Made by a program: the position numbers and the translations under genes | The notes under the pieces: model-generated | What the model was told of the DNA's origin: nothing | Database searches by the model: none | Seen by the model: only the letters and a program-made list of their open reading frames with translations | Shown here: positions 41,601-56,600 of the stretch, piece after piece | Position numbering within the stretch: position 1 is the stretch's first letter | Layout of the letters: the number at the start of each line of letters is the position of its first letter | Assembly (NCBI GenBank): GCA_964016885.1 | Contig: OZ024756.1 | Span: 8,680,001 to 8,744,000 of the forward strand | Reading direction: 5' to 3' | Length of the DNA: 64,000 nucleotides | From: Eledone cirrhosa | Taxonomy: Eukaryota

Positions 41601-43050
41601 TATTACAGTGTCTCAACTGTCTTATATATTACAGTGGCTCAACTGTCTTCTATATTACAGTGTCTCAACTGTCTTCTATATTACAGTAATTCAACTGTCT
41701 TATATACTACAGTGTCTCAACTTTCTTCTATATTACAGTGTCTCAACTGTCTTCTATATTACAGTAGATCAACTGTCTTCTATATTACAGTGTCTCAACT
41801 GTCTTTTATATTACAGTGTCTCAACTGTCTTCTATATTACAGTGGCTCAACTGTCTTCTATATTACAGTGTCTCAACTGTCTTCTATATTATAGTAGTTC
41901 AACTGTCTTCTATATTACAGTGTCTCAACTGTCTTCTATATTACAGTGTCTCAACTGTCTTCTATATTCCAGTGGCTCAACTATCTTCTATATTACAGTG
42001 TCTCAACTGTCTTCTATATTACAGTGTCTCAACTGTCTTCTATATTACAGTGTCTCAACAGTCTTCTATATTACAGTGACTCAACAACCTTCTATATTAC
42101 AGTGTCTCAACTGTCTTCTATACTACAGTGTCTAAACTGTCTTCTATATTACAGTGTCTCAACTGTCTTCTATACTACAGTGTCTCAACTGTCTTCTATA
42201 TTACAGTGACACAACTGTCTCCTATATTACAGTGTCTCAACTGTCTCCTATATTACAGTGTCTCAACTGTCTCCTCTATTACAGTGTCTCAACTCTCTTC
42301 TATATTACAGTGTCTCAACTGTCTTCTATATTACAGTGTCTAAACTGTCTTCTATATTACAGTGTCTCAACTGTCTTCTATATTACAGTGGCTGCACTGT
42401 CTTCTATATTACAGTGTCTGAACTGTCTTCTATATTACAGTAGCTCAACTGTCTTCTATATTACAGTGTCTCAACTGTCTTCTATATTCCAGTGGCTCAA
42501 CTGTCTTCTATATTACAGTGTCTCAACTGTCTTCTATATTACAGTGTCTCAACTGTCTTCTATATTACAGTGTCTCAACTGTCTTATATATTACAGTGGC
42601 TCAACTGTCTTCTATATTACAGTCTCTCAACTGTCTTCTATATGACAGTGTCTCAACTGTCTTATATATTACAGTGGCTCAACTGTCTTCTATATTACAG
42701 TCTCTCAACTGTCTTCTATATGACAGTGTCTCAACTGTCTTCTATATTACAGTGTCTCAACTGTCTTCTATATTACAGTGTCTCAACTGTCTTCTATATT
42801 ACAGTGTCTCAACTGTCTTCTATATTACAGTGGTTCAACTGTCTTCTATATTACAGTGTCTCAACTGTCTTCTATATTACAGTGTCTCAACTGTCTTCTA
42901 TATTCCAGTAGCTCAACTGTCTTCTATATTACAGTAATTCAACTGTCTTATATACTATAGTGTCTCAACTGTCTTCTATATTACAGAGTCTCAACTGTCT
43001 TCTATATTACAGTAGATCAACTGTCTTCTATATTACAGTGTCTCAACTGT
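37450..43050. repeat. Tandem duplication of a unit of about 2.8 kb (offset 2866, then 2762 after a 4-monomer deletion)
   Basis: ORF pairs 37644/40510 and 37670/40536 (2866). Eleven pairs from 38271/41033 to 40016/42778 are offset 2762. The difference is 104 bp = 4 x 26. Confidence 0.92.
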
Positions 43051-44639
43051 CTTTTATGTTACAGTGTCTCAACCGTCTTCTATATTACAGTGGCTCAACT
43101 GTCTTCTATATTACAGTTTCTCAACTGTCTTCTATATGACAGTGTCTCAACAGCCTTCTATATTACAGTGTCTCAACTGTCTTCTATACTACAGTGTCTC
43201 AACTGTCATCTATATTACAGTGTCTCAACTGTCTTCTATACTACAGTGTCTCAACTGTCTTCTATATTACACTGTCTCAACTGTCTTATATATTACAGTG
43301 GCTCAACTGTCTTCTATATTACAGTGTCTCAACTGTCTTCTATACTACAGTGTCTCAACTCTCTTCTATATTACAGTAATTCAACTGTCTTATATACTAC
43401 AGTGTCTCAACTGTCTTCTATATTACAGTAGATCAACTGTCTTCTATATTACAGTGTCTCAACTGTCTTTTATATTACAGTGTCTCAACAGTCTTCTATA
43501 TTACAGTGGCTCAACTGTCTTCTATATTACAGTGTGTCAACTGTCTTCTATATTACAGTGTCTCAACTGTCTTCTATACAACAGTGTCTCAACTGTCTTC
43601 TATATTACAGTGTCTCAACTGTCTTCTATATTACAGTGTCTCAACTGTCTTCTATATTACAGTAGTTCAACTGTCTTCTATATTACAGTGTCTCAACTGT
43701 CTTCTATATTACAGTGTCTCAACTGTCTTCTATATTATAGTAGTTCAACTGTCTTCTATATTACAGTGTCTCAACTGTCTTCTATACAACAGTGTCTCAA
43801 CTGTCTTCTATATTACAGTGTCTCATCTGTCTTCTATATTACAGTGTCTCAACTGTCTTCTATATTACAGTAGTTCAACTGTCTTCTATATTACAGTGGC
43901 TCAACTGTCTTCTATATTACAGTGTGTCAACTGTCTTCTATATTACAGTGTCTCAACTGTCTTCTATACAACCGTGTCTCAACTGTCTTCTATATTACAG
44001 TGTCTCAACTGTCTTCTATATTACAGTGTCTCAACTGTCTTCTATATTACAGTAGTTCAACTGTCTTCTATATTACAGTGTCTCAACTGTCTTCTATATT
44101 ACAGTGTCTCAACTGTCTTCTATATTGTAGTAGTTCAACTGTCTTCTATATTACAGTGCCTCAACTGTCTTCTATACAACAGTGTCTCAACTGTCTTCTA
44201 TATTACAGTGTCTCATCTGTCTTCTATATTACAGTGTCTCAACTGTCTTCTATATTACAGTAGTTCAACTGTCTTCTATATTACAGTGTCTCAACTGTCT
44301 TCTATATTACAGTGTCTCAACTGTCTTCTATATTACAGTGTCTCAACTGTCTTCTATATTACAGTGTTTCAACTGTCTTCTATATTACAGTGTCTCAACT
44401 GTCTTATATTTTACAGTGGCTCAACTGTCTTCTATATTACAGTTTCTCAACTGTCTTCTATATGACAGTGTCTCAACAGCCTTCTATATTACAGTGTCTC
44501 AACTGTCTTCTATATGACAGTGTCTCAACAGCCTTCTATATTACAGTGTCTCAACTGTCTTCTATACTACAGTGTCTCAACTGTTTTATATATTACAGTA
44601 TCTCAACTGTCTTCTATAGTACAGTGTCTCAACTGGTTC

Positions 44640-47600
44640 TATATTACAGTGTCTCAACTGTCTTCTATATTACAGTGTCTCGACTGTCTCCTATATTACA
44701 GTGGCTCAACTGTCTTCTATATTACAGTGTCTCAACTGTCTTCTATATGACAGTGTCTCAACTGTCTTTTATATTACAGTGTCTCAACTGTCTTCTATAT
44801 TACAGTGGCTCAACTGTCTTCTATATTACAGTGTCTCAACTGTCTTCTATATTATAGTAGTTCAACTGTCTTCTATATTACAGTGTCTCAACTGTCTTCT
44901 ATATTACAATGGCTCAACTGTCTTCTATACAACAGTGTCTCAACTGTCTTCTATATTACAGTGTCTCAACTGTCTTCTATATTACAGTGTCTCAACTGTC
45001 TTCTATATTAAAGTAGTTCAACTGTCTTCTATATTACAGTGTCTCAACTGTCTTCTATATTACAGTGTCTCAACTGTCTTCTATATTACAGTGGCTCAAC
45101 TGTCTTCTATATTACAGTGTCTCAACCGTCTTCTATATTACAGTGTCTCAACTGTCTTATATATTACAGTATCTCAACTGTCTTCTATAGTACAGTGTCT
45201 CAACTGGTTCTATATTACAGTGTCTCAACTGTCTTCTATACTACAGTGACTCAACTGTCTTCTATATTACAGTGTCTCAACTGTGTTATATTTTACAGTG
45301 GCTCAACTGTCTTCTATATTACAGTTTCTCAACTGTCTTCTATATGACAGTGTCTCAACAGCCTTCTACATTACAGTGTCTCAACTGTCTTCTATATTAC
45401 AGTGTCTCAACTGTCTTCTATATTACAGTGTCTCAACTGTCTTCTATATTACAGTGTCTCAACTGTCTTCTACATTCCAGTGGCTCAACTGTCTTCTATA
45501 TTACAGTGTCTCAACTGTCTTCTATATTACAGTGTCTCAACTGTCTTATATATTACAGTGGCTCAACTGTCTTCTATATTACAGTCTCTCAACTGTCTTC
45601 TATATTACAGTGTCTCAACTGTCTTCTATATTACAGTGTCTCAACTGTCTTCTATATTACAGTGGCTCAACTGTCTTCTATATTACAGTGTCTAAACTGT
45701 CTTCTATATTATAGTAGTTCAACTGTCTTCTATATTACAGTGTCTCAACTGTCTTCTATATTACAGTGTCTCAACTGTCTTCTATATTACAGTGGCTCAA
45801 CTGTCTTCTATATTACAGTGTCTAAACTGTCTTCTATATTATAGTAGTTCAACTGTCTTCTATATTACAGTGTCTCAACTGTCTTCTATATTACAGTGTC
45901 TCAACTGTCTTCTATATTACAGTGTCTTAACTGTCTTCTACATTCCAGTGGCTCAACTGTCTTCTATATTACAGTGTCTCAACTGTCTTCTATATTACAG
46001 TGTCTCAACTGTCTTATATATTACAGTGGCTCAACTGTCTTCTATATTACAGTCTCTCAACTGTCTTCTATATGACAGTGTCTCAACTGTCTTCTATATT
46101 ACAGTGTCTCAACTGTCTTCTATATTACAGTGTCTCAACTGTCTTCTATATTACAGTGTCTCAACTGTCTTCTATATTACAGTGTCTCAACTGTCTTCTA
46201 TATTACAGTGGTTCAACTGTCTTCTATATTACAGTGTCTCAACTGTATTCTATATTACAGTGTCTCAACTGTCTTCTATATTCCAGTAGCTCAACTGTCT
46301 TCTATATTACAGTGTCTCAACTGTCTTCTATATTACAGTAATTCAACTGTCTTATATACTACAGTGTCTCAACTGTCTTCTATATTACAGTGTCTCAACT
46401 GTCTTCTATATTACAGTAGATCAACTGTCTTCTATATTACAGTGTCTCAACTGTCTTTTATATTACAGTGTCTCAACTGTCTTCTATATTACAGTGGCTC
46501 AACTGTCTTCTATATTACAGTGTCTCAACTGTCTTCTATATTATAGTAGTTCAACTGTCTTCTATATTACAGTGTCTCAACTGTCTTCTATACAACAGTG
46601 TCTCAACTGTCTTCTATATTACAGTGTCTCAACTGTCTTCTATATTACAGTGTCTCAACTGTCTTCTGTATTACAGTAGTTCAACTGTCTTCTATATTAC
46701 AGTGTCTCAACTGTCTTCTATATTACAGTGGCTCAACTGTCTTCTATATTACGGTGTCTCAACCGTCTTCTATATTACAGTGTCTCAACTGTCTTCTATA
46801 TTACAGTATCTCAACTGTCTTCTATACTACAGTGTCTCAACTGTCTTCTATATTGCAGTGTCTCAACTGTTTTCCATATACTACAGTGTCTCAACTGTCT
46901 TCTATATTACAGTGTCTCAACTGTCTTATTTTTTACAGTGGCTCAACTGTCTTCTATATTACAGTTTCTCAACTGTCTTCTATATGACAGTGTCTCAACA
47001 GCCTTCTATATTACAGTGTCTCAACTGTCTTCTATACTACAGTGTCTTAACTGTCTTCTATATTACAGTGTCTCAACTGTCTTCTATACTACAGTCTCTC
47101 AACTGTCTTCTATATTACAGTGTCTCAACTGTCATATATATTACAGTGGCTCAACTGTCTTCTATATTACAGTGTCTCAACTGTCTTCTATACTACAGTG
47201 TCTCAACTGTCTTCTATATTACAGTGTCTCAACTGTCTTATATATTACAGTGGTTCAACTGTCTTCTATATTACAGTGTCTCAACTGTCTTCTATATTAC
47301 AGTAATTCAACTGTCTTATATACTACAGTGTCTCAACTGTCTTCTATATTACAGTGTGTCAACTGTCTTCTATATTACAGTAGATCAACTGTCTTCTATA
47401 TTACAGTGTCTCAACTGTCTTTTATATTACAGTGTCTCAACAGTCTTCTATATTACAGTGGCTCAACTGTCTTCTATATTACAGTGTGTCAACTGTCTTC
47501 TATATTACAGTGTCTCAACTGTCTTCTATACAACAGTGTCTCAACTGTCTTCTATATTACAGTGTCTCAACTGTCTTCTATATTACAGTGTCTCAACTGT

Positions 47601-50600
47601 CTTCTATATTACAGTAGTTCAACTGTCTTCTATATTACAGTGTCTCAACTGTCTTCTATATTACAGTGTCTCAACTGTCTTCTATATTATAGTAGTTCAA
47701 CTGTCTTCTATATTACAGTGTCTCAACTGTCTTCTATACAACAGTGTCTCAACTGTCTTCTATATTACAGTGTCTCATCTGTCTTCTATATTACAGTGTC
47801 TCAACTGTCTTCTATATTACAGTAGCTCAACTGTCTTCTATATTACAGTGTCTCAACTGTCTTATATTTTACAGTGGCTCAACTGTCTTCTATATTACAG
47901 TTTCTCAACTGTCTTCTATATGACAGTGTCTCAACAGCCTTCTATATTACAGTGTCTCAACTGTCTTCTATATGACAGTGTCTCAACAGCCTTCTATATT
48001 ACAGTGTCTCAACTGTCTTCTATACTACAGTGTCTCAACTGTCTTCTATATTACAGTAGATCAACTGTCTTCTATATTACAGTGTCTCAACTGTCTTCTA
48101 TATTACAGAGTCTCAACTGTCTTCTATATTATAGTGTCTCAACTGTCTTCTATAATACAGTGTCTCAACTGTCTTCTATATTACAGTGGCTGCATTGTCT
48201 TCTATATTACAGTGTCTCAACTGTCTTCTATACTACAGTGTCTCAACTGTCTTCTATACTACAGTGTCTCAACTGTCTTCTATATTACAGTAGATCAACT
48301 GTCTTCTATATTACAGTGTCTCAACTGTCTTCTATATTACAGTGTCTCAACTGTCTTCTATATTACAGTGTCTCAACTGTCTTCTATATTACAGTGTCTC
48401 AACTGTCTTCTATATTACAGTGTCTCAACTGTCTTCTATATTACAGTGGCTCAACTGTCTTCTATACTACAGTGTCTCAACTGTCTTCTATATTACAGTG
48501 TCTCAACTGTCATATACATTACAGTGGCTCAACTGTCTTCTATATATACAGTGTCTCAACTGTCTTATATATTACAGTGGCTCAACTGTCTTCTATATAG
48601 ACAGTGTCTCAACTGTCTTCTATATTACAGTGTCTCAACTGTCTCCTATATTACAGTGTCTCAACTGTCTTCTATACTATAGTGTCTCAACTGTCTTATA
48701 TATTACAGTGGCTCAACTGTCTTCTATATTACAGTGGCTCAACTGTCTTCTATATTACAGTGTCTCAACTGTCTTATATATTACAGTGGCTCAACTGTCT
48801 TCTATATTACAGTGTCTCAACTGTCTTCTATATATACAGTGTCTGAACTGTCTTTTATATTACAGTGACTCAACTGTCTTCTATATTACAGTGTCTCAAC
48901 TGTCTTCTATATTACAGTAGATCAACTGTCTTCTATATTACAGTGTCTCAACTGTCTTTTATATTACAGTGTTTCAACTGTCTTCTATATTACAGTGGCT
49001 CAACTGTCTTATATATTACAGTGGCTCAACTGTCTTCTATATTTCAGTGTCTTAACTGTCTTCTATATATACAGTGTCTCAACTGTCTTATATATTACAG
49101 TGTCTCAACTGTCTTTTATATTACAGTGTCTCAACTGTCTTCTATATTACAGTGGCTCAACTGTCTTCTATATTAGAGTGTCTCAACTGTCTTCTATATT
49201 ATAGTAGTTCAACTGTCTTCTATATTACCGTGTCTGAACTGTCTTCTATATTACAGTGTCTCAACCGTCTTCTATATTACAGTGTCTCAACTGTCTTCTA
49301 TATTACAGTGTCTCAACAGTCTTCTATATTACAGTGACTCAACAACCTTCTATATTACAGTGTCTCAACTGTCTTCTATACTACAGTGGCTCAACTGTCT
49401 TCTATATTACAGTGTCTCAACTGTCTTCTATATTATAGTAGTTCAACTGTCTTCTATATTACAGTGTCTCAACTGTCTTCTATATTACAATGGCTCAACT
49501 GTCTTCTATACAACAGTGTCTCAACTGTCTTCTATATTACAGTGTCTCAACTGTCTTCTATATTACAGTGTCTCAACTGTCTTCTATATTAAAGTAGTTC
49601 AACTGTCTTCTATATTACAGTGTCTCAACTGTCTTCTATATTACAGTGTCTCAACTGTCTTCTATATTACAGTGGCTCAACTGTCTTCTATATTACAGTG
49701 TCTCAACCGTCTTCTATATTACAGTGTCTCAACTGTCTTATATATTACAGTATCTCAACTGTCTTCTATAGTACAGTGTCTCAACTGGTTCTATATTACA
49801 GTGTCTCAACTGTCTTCTATACTACAGTGTCTCAACTGTCTTCTATATTACAGTGTCTCAACTGTGTTATATTTTACAGTGGCTCAACTGTCTTCTATAT
49901 TACAGTTTCTCAACTGTCTTCTATATTACAGTGTCTCAACAGCCTTCTACATTACAGTGTCTCAACTGTCTTCTATATTACAGTGTCTCAACTGTCTTCT
50001 ATATTACAGTGTCTCAACTGTCTTCGATACTACAGTGTCTCAACTGTCTTCTATATTACAGTAGATCAACTGTCTTCTATATTACAGTGTCTCAACTGTC
50101 TTTTATATTACAGTGTCTCAACTGTCTTCTATATTACAGTGGCTCAACTGTCTTCTATATTACAGTGTCTAAACTGTCTTCTATATTATAGTAGTTCAAC
50201 TGTCTTCTATATTACAGTGTCTCAACTGTCTTCTATATTACAGTGTCTCAACTGTCTTCTATATTACAGTGTCTCAACTGTCTTCTACATTCCAGTGGCT
50301 CAACTGTCTTCTATATTACAGTGTCTCAACTGTCTTCTATATTACAGTGTCTCAACTGTCTTATATATTACAGTGGCTCAACTGTCTTCTATATTACAGT
50401 CTCTCAACTGTCTTCTATATGACAGTGTCTCAACTGTCTTCTATATTACAGTGTCTCAACTGTCTTCTATATTACAGTGTCTCAACTGTCTTCTATATTA
50501 CAGTGTCTCAACTGTCTTCTATATTACAGTGTCTCAACTGTCTTCTATATTACAGTGGTTCAACTGTCTTCTATATTACAGTGTCTCAACTGTCTTCTAT

Positions 50601-53600
50601 ATTACAGTGTCTCAACTGTCTTCTATATTCCAGTAGCTCAACTGTCTTCTATATTACAGTGTCTCAACTGTCTTCTATATTACAGTAATTCAACTGTCTT
50701 ATATACTACAGTGTCTCAACTGTCTTCTATATTACAGTGTCTCAACTGTCTTCTATATTACAGTAGATCAACTGTCTTCTATATTACAGTGTCTCAACTG
50801 TCTTTTATATTACAGTGTCTCAACTGTCTTCTATATTACAGTGGCTCAACTGTCTTCTATATTACAGTGTCTCAACTGTCTTCTATATTATAGTAGTTCA
50901 ACTGTCTTCTATATTACAGTGTCTCAACTGTCTTCTATACAACAGTGTCTCAACTGTCTTCTATATTACAGTGTCTCAACTGTCTTCTATATTACAGTGT
51001 CTCAACTGTCTTCTGTATTACAGTAGTTCAACTGTCTTCTATATTACAGTGTCTCAACTGTCTTCTATATTACAGTGGCTCAACTGTCTTCTATATTACG
51101 GTGTCTCAACCGTCTTCTATATTACAGTGTCTCAACTGTCTTCTATATTACAGTATCTCAACTGTCTTCTATACTACAGTGTCTCAACTGTCTTCTATAT
51201 TGCAGTGTCTCAACTGTTTTCCATATACTACAGTGTCTCAACTGTCTTCTATATTACAGTGTCTCAACTGTCTTATATTTTACAGTGGCTCAACTGTCTT
51301 CTATATTACAGTTTCTCAACTGTCTTCTATATGACAGTGTCTCAACAGCCTTCTATATTACAGTGTCTCAACTGTCTTCTATACTACAGTGTCTTAACTG
51401 TCTTCTATATTACAGTGTCTCAACTGTCTTCTATACTACAGTGTCTCAACTGTCTTCTATATTACAGTGTCTCAACTGTCATATATATTACAGTGGCTCA
51501 ACTGTCTTCTATATTACAGTGTCTCAACTGTCTTCTATACTACAGTGTCTCAACTGTCTTCTATATTACAGTGTCTCAACTGTCTTATATATTACAGTGG
51601 TTCAACTGTCTTCTATATTACAGTGTCTCAACTGTCTTCTATATTACAGTAATTCAACTGTCTTATATACTACAGTGTCTCAACTGTCTTCTATATTACA
51701 GTGTGTCAACTGTCTTCTATATTACAGTAGATCAACTGTCTTCTATATTACAGTGTCTCAACTGTCTTTTATATTACAGTGTCTCAACAGTCTTCTATAT
51801 TACAGTGGCTCAACTGTCTTCTATATTACAGTGTGTCAACTGTCTTCTATATTACAGTGTCTCAACTGTCTTCTATACAACAGTGTCTCAACTGTCTTCT
51901 ATATTACAGTGTCTCAACTGTCTTCTATATTACAGTGTCTCAACTGTCTTCTATATTACAGTAGTTCAACTGTCTTCTATATTACAGTGTCTCAACTGTC
52001 TTCTATATTACAGTGTCTCAACTGTCTTCTATATTATAGTAGTTCAACTGTCTTCTATATTACAGTGTCTCAACTGTCTTCTATACAACAGTGTCTCAAC
52101 TGTCTTCTATATTACAGTGTCTCATCTGTCTTCTATATTACAGTGTCTCAACTGTCTTCTATATTACAGTAGCTCAACTGTCTTCTATATTACAGTGTCT
52201 CAACTGTCTTATATTTTACAGTGGCTCAACTGTCTTCTATATGACAGTGTCTCAACAGCCTTCTATATTACAGTGTCTCAACTGTCTTCTATATGACAGT
52301 GTCTCAACAGCCTTCTATATTACAGTGTCTCAACTGTCTTCTATACTACAGTGTCTCAACTGTCTTCTATATTACAGTAGATCAACTGTCTTCTATATTA
52401 CAGTGTCTCAACTGTCTTCTATATTACAGAGTCTCAACTGTCTTCTATATTATAGTGTCTCAACTGTCTTCTATAATACAGTGTCTCAACTGTCTTCTAT
52501 ATTACAGTGGCTGCACTGTCTTCTATATTACAGTGTCTCAACTGTCTTCTATACTACAGTGTCTCAACTGTCTTCTATACTACAGTGTCTCAACTGTCTT
52601 CTATATTACAGTAGATCAACTGTCTTCTATATTACAGTGTCTCAACTGTCTTCTATATTATATTACAGTGTCTCAACTGTCTTCTATATTACAGTGTCTC
52701 AACTGTCTTCTATATTACAGTGTCTCAACTGTCTTCTATATTACAGTGTCTCAACTGTCTTCTATATTACAGTGACTCAACTGTCTTCTATATTACAGTG
52801 GCTCAACTGTCTTCTATACTACAGTGTCTCAACTGTCTTCTATATTACAGTGTCTCAACTGTCATATACATTACAGTGGCTCAACTGTCTTCTATATATA
52901 CAGTGTCTCAACTGTCTTATATATTACAGTGGCTCAACTGTCTTCTATATAGACAGTGTCTCAACTGTCTTCTATATTACAGTGTCTCAACTGTCTCCTA
53001 TATTACAGTGTCTCAACTGTCTTCTATACTATAGTGTCTCAACTGTCTTATATATTACAGTGGCTCAACTGTCTTCTATATTACAGTGTCTCAACTGTCT
53101 TATATATTACAGTGGCTCAACTGTCTTCTATATTACAGTGTCTCAACTGTCTTCTATATATACAGTGTCTGAACTGTCTTTTACATTACAGTGACTCAAC
53201 TGTCTTCTATATTACAGTGTCTCAACTGTCTTCTATATTACAGTAGATCAACTGTCTTCTATATTACAGTGTCTCAACTGTCTTTTATATTACAGTGTTT
53301 CAACTGTCTTCTATATTACAGTGTCTGAACTGTCTTCTATACTACAGTGTCTCAACTGTCTTCTATATTTCAGTGTCTTAACTGTCTTCTATATATACAG
53401 TGTCTCAACTGTCTTATATATTACAGTGGCTCAACTGTCTTTTATATTACAGTGTCTCAACTGTCTTCTATATTACAGTGGCTCAACTGTCTTCTATATT
53501 AGAGTGTCTCAACTGTCTTCTATATTATAGTAGTTCAACTGTCTTCTATATTACCGTGTCTGAACTGTCTTCTATATTACAGTGTCTCAACCGTCTTCTA

Positions 53601-56600
53601 TATTACAGTGTCTCAACTGTCTTCTATATTACAGTGTCTCAACAGTCTTCTATATTACAGTGACTCAACAACCTTCTATATTACAGTGTCTCAACTGTCT
53701 TCTATACTACAGTGTCTCAACTGTCTTCTATATTACAGTGTCTCAACTGTCTTCTATACTACAGTGTCTCAACTGTCTTCTATATTACAGTGTCACAACT
53801 GTCTCCTATATTACAGTGTCTCAACTGTCTCCTATATTACAGTGTCTCAACTGTCTCCTATATTACAGTGTCTCAACTGTCTTCTATATTACAGTGTCTC
53901 AACTGTCTTCTATATTACAGTGTCTCAACTGTCTTATATATTACAGTGGCTCAACTGTCTTCTATATTACAGTCTCTCAACTGTCTTCTATATGACAGTG
54001 TCTCAACTGTCTTCTATATTACAGTGTCTCAACTGTCTTCTATATTACAGTGTCTCAACTGTCTTCTATATTACAGTGTCTCAACTGTCTTCTATATTAC
54101 AGTGTCTCAACTGTCTTCTATATTACAGTGGTTCAACTGTCTTCTATATTACAGTGTCTCAACTGTCTTCTATATTACAGTGTCTCAACTGTCTTCTATA
54201 TTCCAGTAGCTCAACTGTCTTCTATATTACAGTGTCTCAACTGTCTTCTATATTACAGTAATTCAACTGTCTTATATACTACAGTGTCTCAACTGTCTTC
54301 TATATTACAGTGTCTCAACTGTCTTCTATATTACAGTAGATCAACTGTCTTCTATATTACAGTGTCTCAACTGTCTTTTATATTACACTGTCTCAACTGT
54401 CTTCTATATTACAGTGGCTCAACTGTCTTCTATATTACAGTGTCTCAACTGTCTTCTATATTATAGTAGTTCAACTGTCTTCTATATTACAGTGTCTCAA
54501 CTGTCTTCTATACAACAGTGTCTCAACTGTCTTCTATATTACAGTGTCTCAACTGTCTTCTATATTACAGTGTCTCAACTGTCTTCTGTATTACAGTAGT
54601 TCAACTGTCTTCTATATTACAGTGTCTCAACTGTCTTCTATATTACAGTGGCTCAACTGTCTTCTATATTACGGTGTCTCAACCGTCTTTTATATTACAG
54701 TGTCTCAACTGTCTTCTATATTACAGTATCTCAACTGTCTTCTATACTACAGTGTCTCAACTGTCTTCTATATTGCAGTGTCTCAACTGTTTTCCATATA
54801 CTACAGTGTCTCAACTGTCTTCTATATTACAGTGTCTCAACTGTCTTATATTTTACAGTGGCTCAACTGTCTTCTATATTACAGTTTCTCAACTGTCTTC
54901 TATATGACAGTGTCTCAACAGCCTTCTATATTACAGTGTCTCAACTGTCTTCTATACTACAGATTCTTAACTGTCTTCTATATTACAGTGTCTCAACTGT
55001 CTTCTATACTACAGTGTCTCAACTGTCTTCTATATTACAGTGTCTCAACTGTCATATATATTACAGTGGCTCAACTGTCTTCTATATTACAGTGTCTCAA
55101 CTGTCTTCTATACTACAGTGTCTCAACTGTCTTCTATATTACAGTGTCTCAACTGTCTTATATATTACAGTGGTTCAACTGTCTTCTATATTACAGTGTC
55201 TCAACTGTCTTCTATATTACGGTAATTCAACTGTCTTATATACTACAGTGTCTCAACTGTCTTCTATATTACAGTGTGTCAACTGTCTTCTATATTACAG
55301 TAGATCAACTGTCTTCTATATTACAGTGTCTCAACTGTCTTTTATATTACAGTGTCTCAACAGTCTTCTATATTACAGTGGCTCAACTGTCTTCTATATT
55401 ACAGTGTGTCAACTGTCTTCTATATTACAGTGTCTCAACTGTCTTCTATACAACAGTGTCTCAACTGTCTTCTATATTACAGTGTCTCAACTGTCTTCTA
55501 TATTACAGTGTCTCAACTGTCTTCTATATTACAGTAGTTCAACTGTCTTCTATATTACAGTGTCTCAACTGTCTTCTATATTACAGTGTCTCAACTGTCT
55601 TCTATATTATAGTAGTTCAACTGTCTTCTATATTACAGTGTCTCAACTGTCTTCTATACAACAGTGTCTCAACTGTCTTCTATATTACAGTGTCTCATCT
55701 GTCTTCTATATTACAGTGTCTCAACTGTCTTCTATATTACAGTAGCTCAACTGTCTTCTATATTACAGTGTCTCAACTGTCTTATATTTTACAGTGGCTC
55801 AACTGTCTTCTATATGACAGTGTCTCAACAGCCTTCTATATTACAGTGTCTCAACTGTCTTCTATATGACAGTGTCTCAACAGCCTTCTATATTACAGTG
55901 TCTCAACTGTCTTCTATACTACAGTGTCTCAACTGTCTTCTATATTACAGTAGATCAACTGTCTTCTATATTACAGTGTCTCAACTGTCTTCTATATTAC
56001 AGAGTCTCAACTGTCTTCTATATTATAGTGTCTCAACTGTCTTCTATAATACAGTGTCTCAACTGTCTTCTATATTACAGTGGCTGCATTGTCTTCTATA
56101 TTACAGTGTCTCAACTGTCTTCTATACTACAGTGTCTCAACTGTCTTCTATACTACAGTGTCTCAACTGTCTTCTATATTACAGTAGATCAACTGTCTTC
56201 TATATTACAGTGTCTCAACTGTCTTCTATATTACAGTGTCTCAACTGTCTTCTATATTACAGTGTCTCAACTGTCTTCTATATTACAGTGTCTCAACTGT
56301 CTTCTATATTACAGTGTCTCAACTGTCTTCTATATTACAGTGACTCAACTGTCTTCTATATTACAGTGGCTCAACTGTCTTCTATACTACAGTGTCTCAA
56401 CTGTCTTCTATATTACAGTGTCTCAACTGTCATATACATTACAGTGGCTCAACTGTCTTCTATATATACAGTGTCTCAACTGTCTTATATATTACAGTGG
56501 CTCAACTGTCTTCTATATAGACAGTGTCTCAACTGTCTTCTATATTACAGTGTCTCAACTGTCTCCTATATTACAGTGTCTCAACTGTCTTCTATACTAT

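Noticed and set aside
8720-52670. Singleton insertions (CAACAAC near 8725; TATATTATATTAC near 52653) as insertion footprints
   Set aside because: They are 3-bp and 5-bp duplications of adjacent bases, consistent with slippage or sequence error. There is no foreign sequence.
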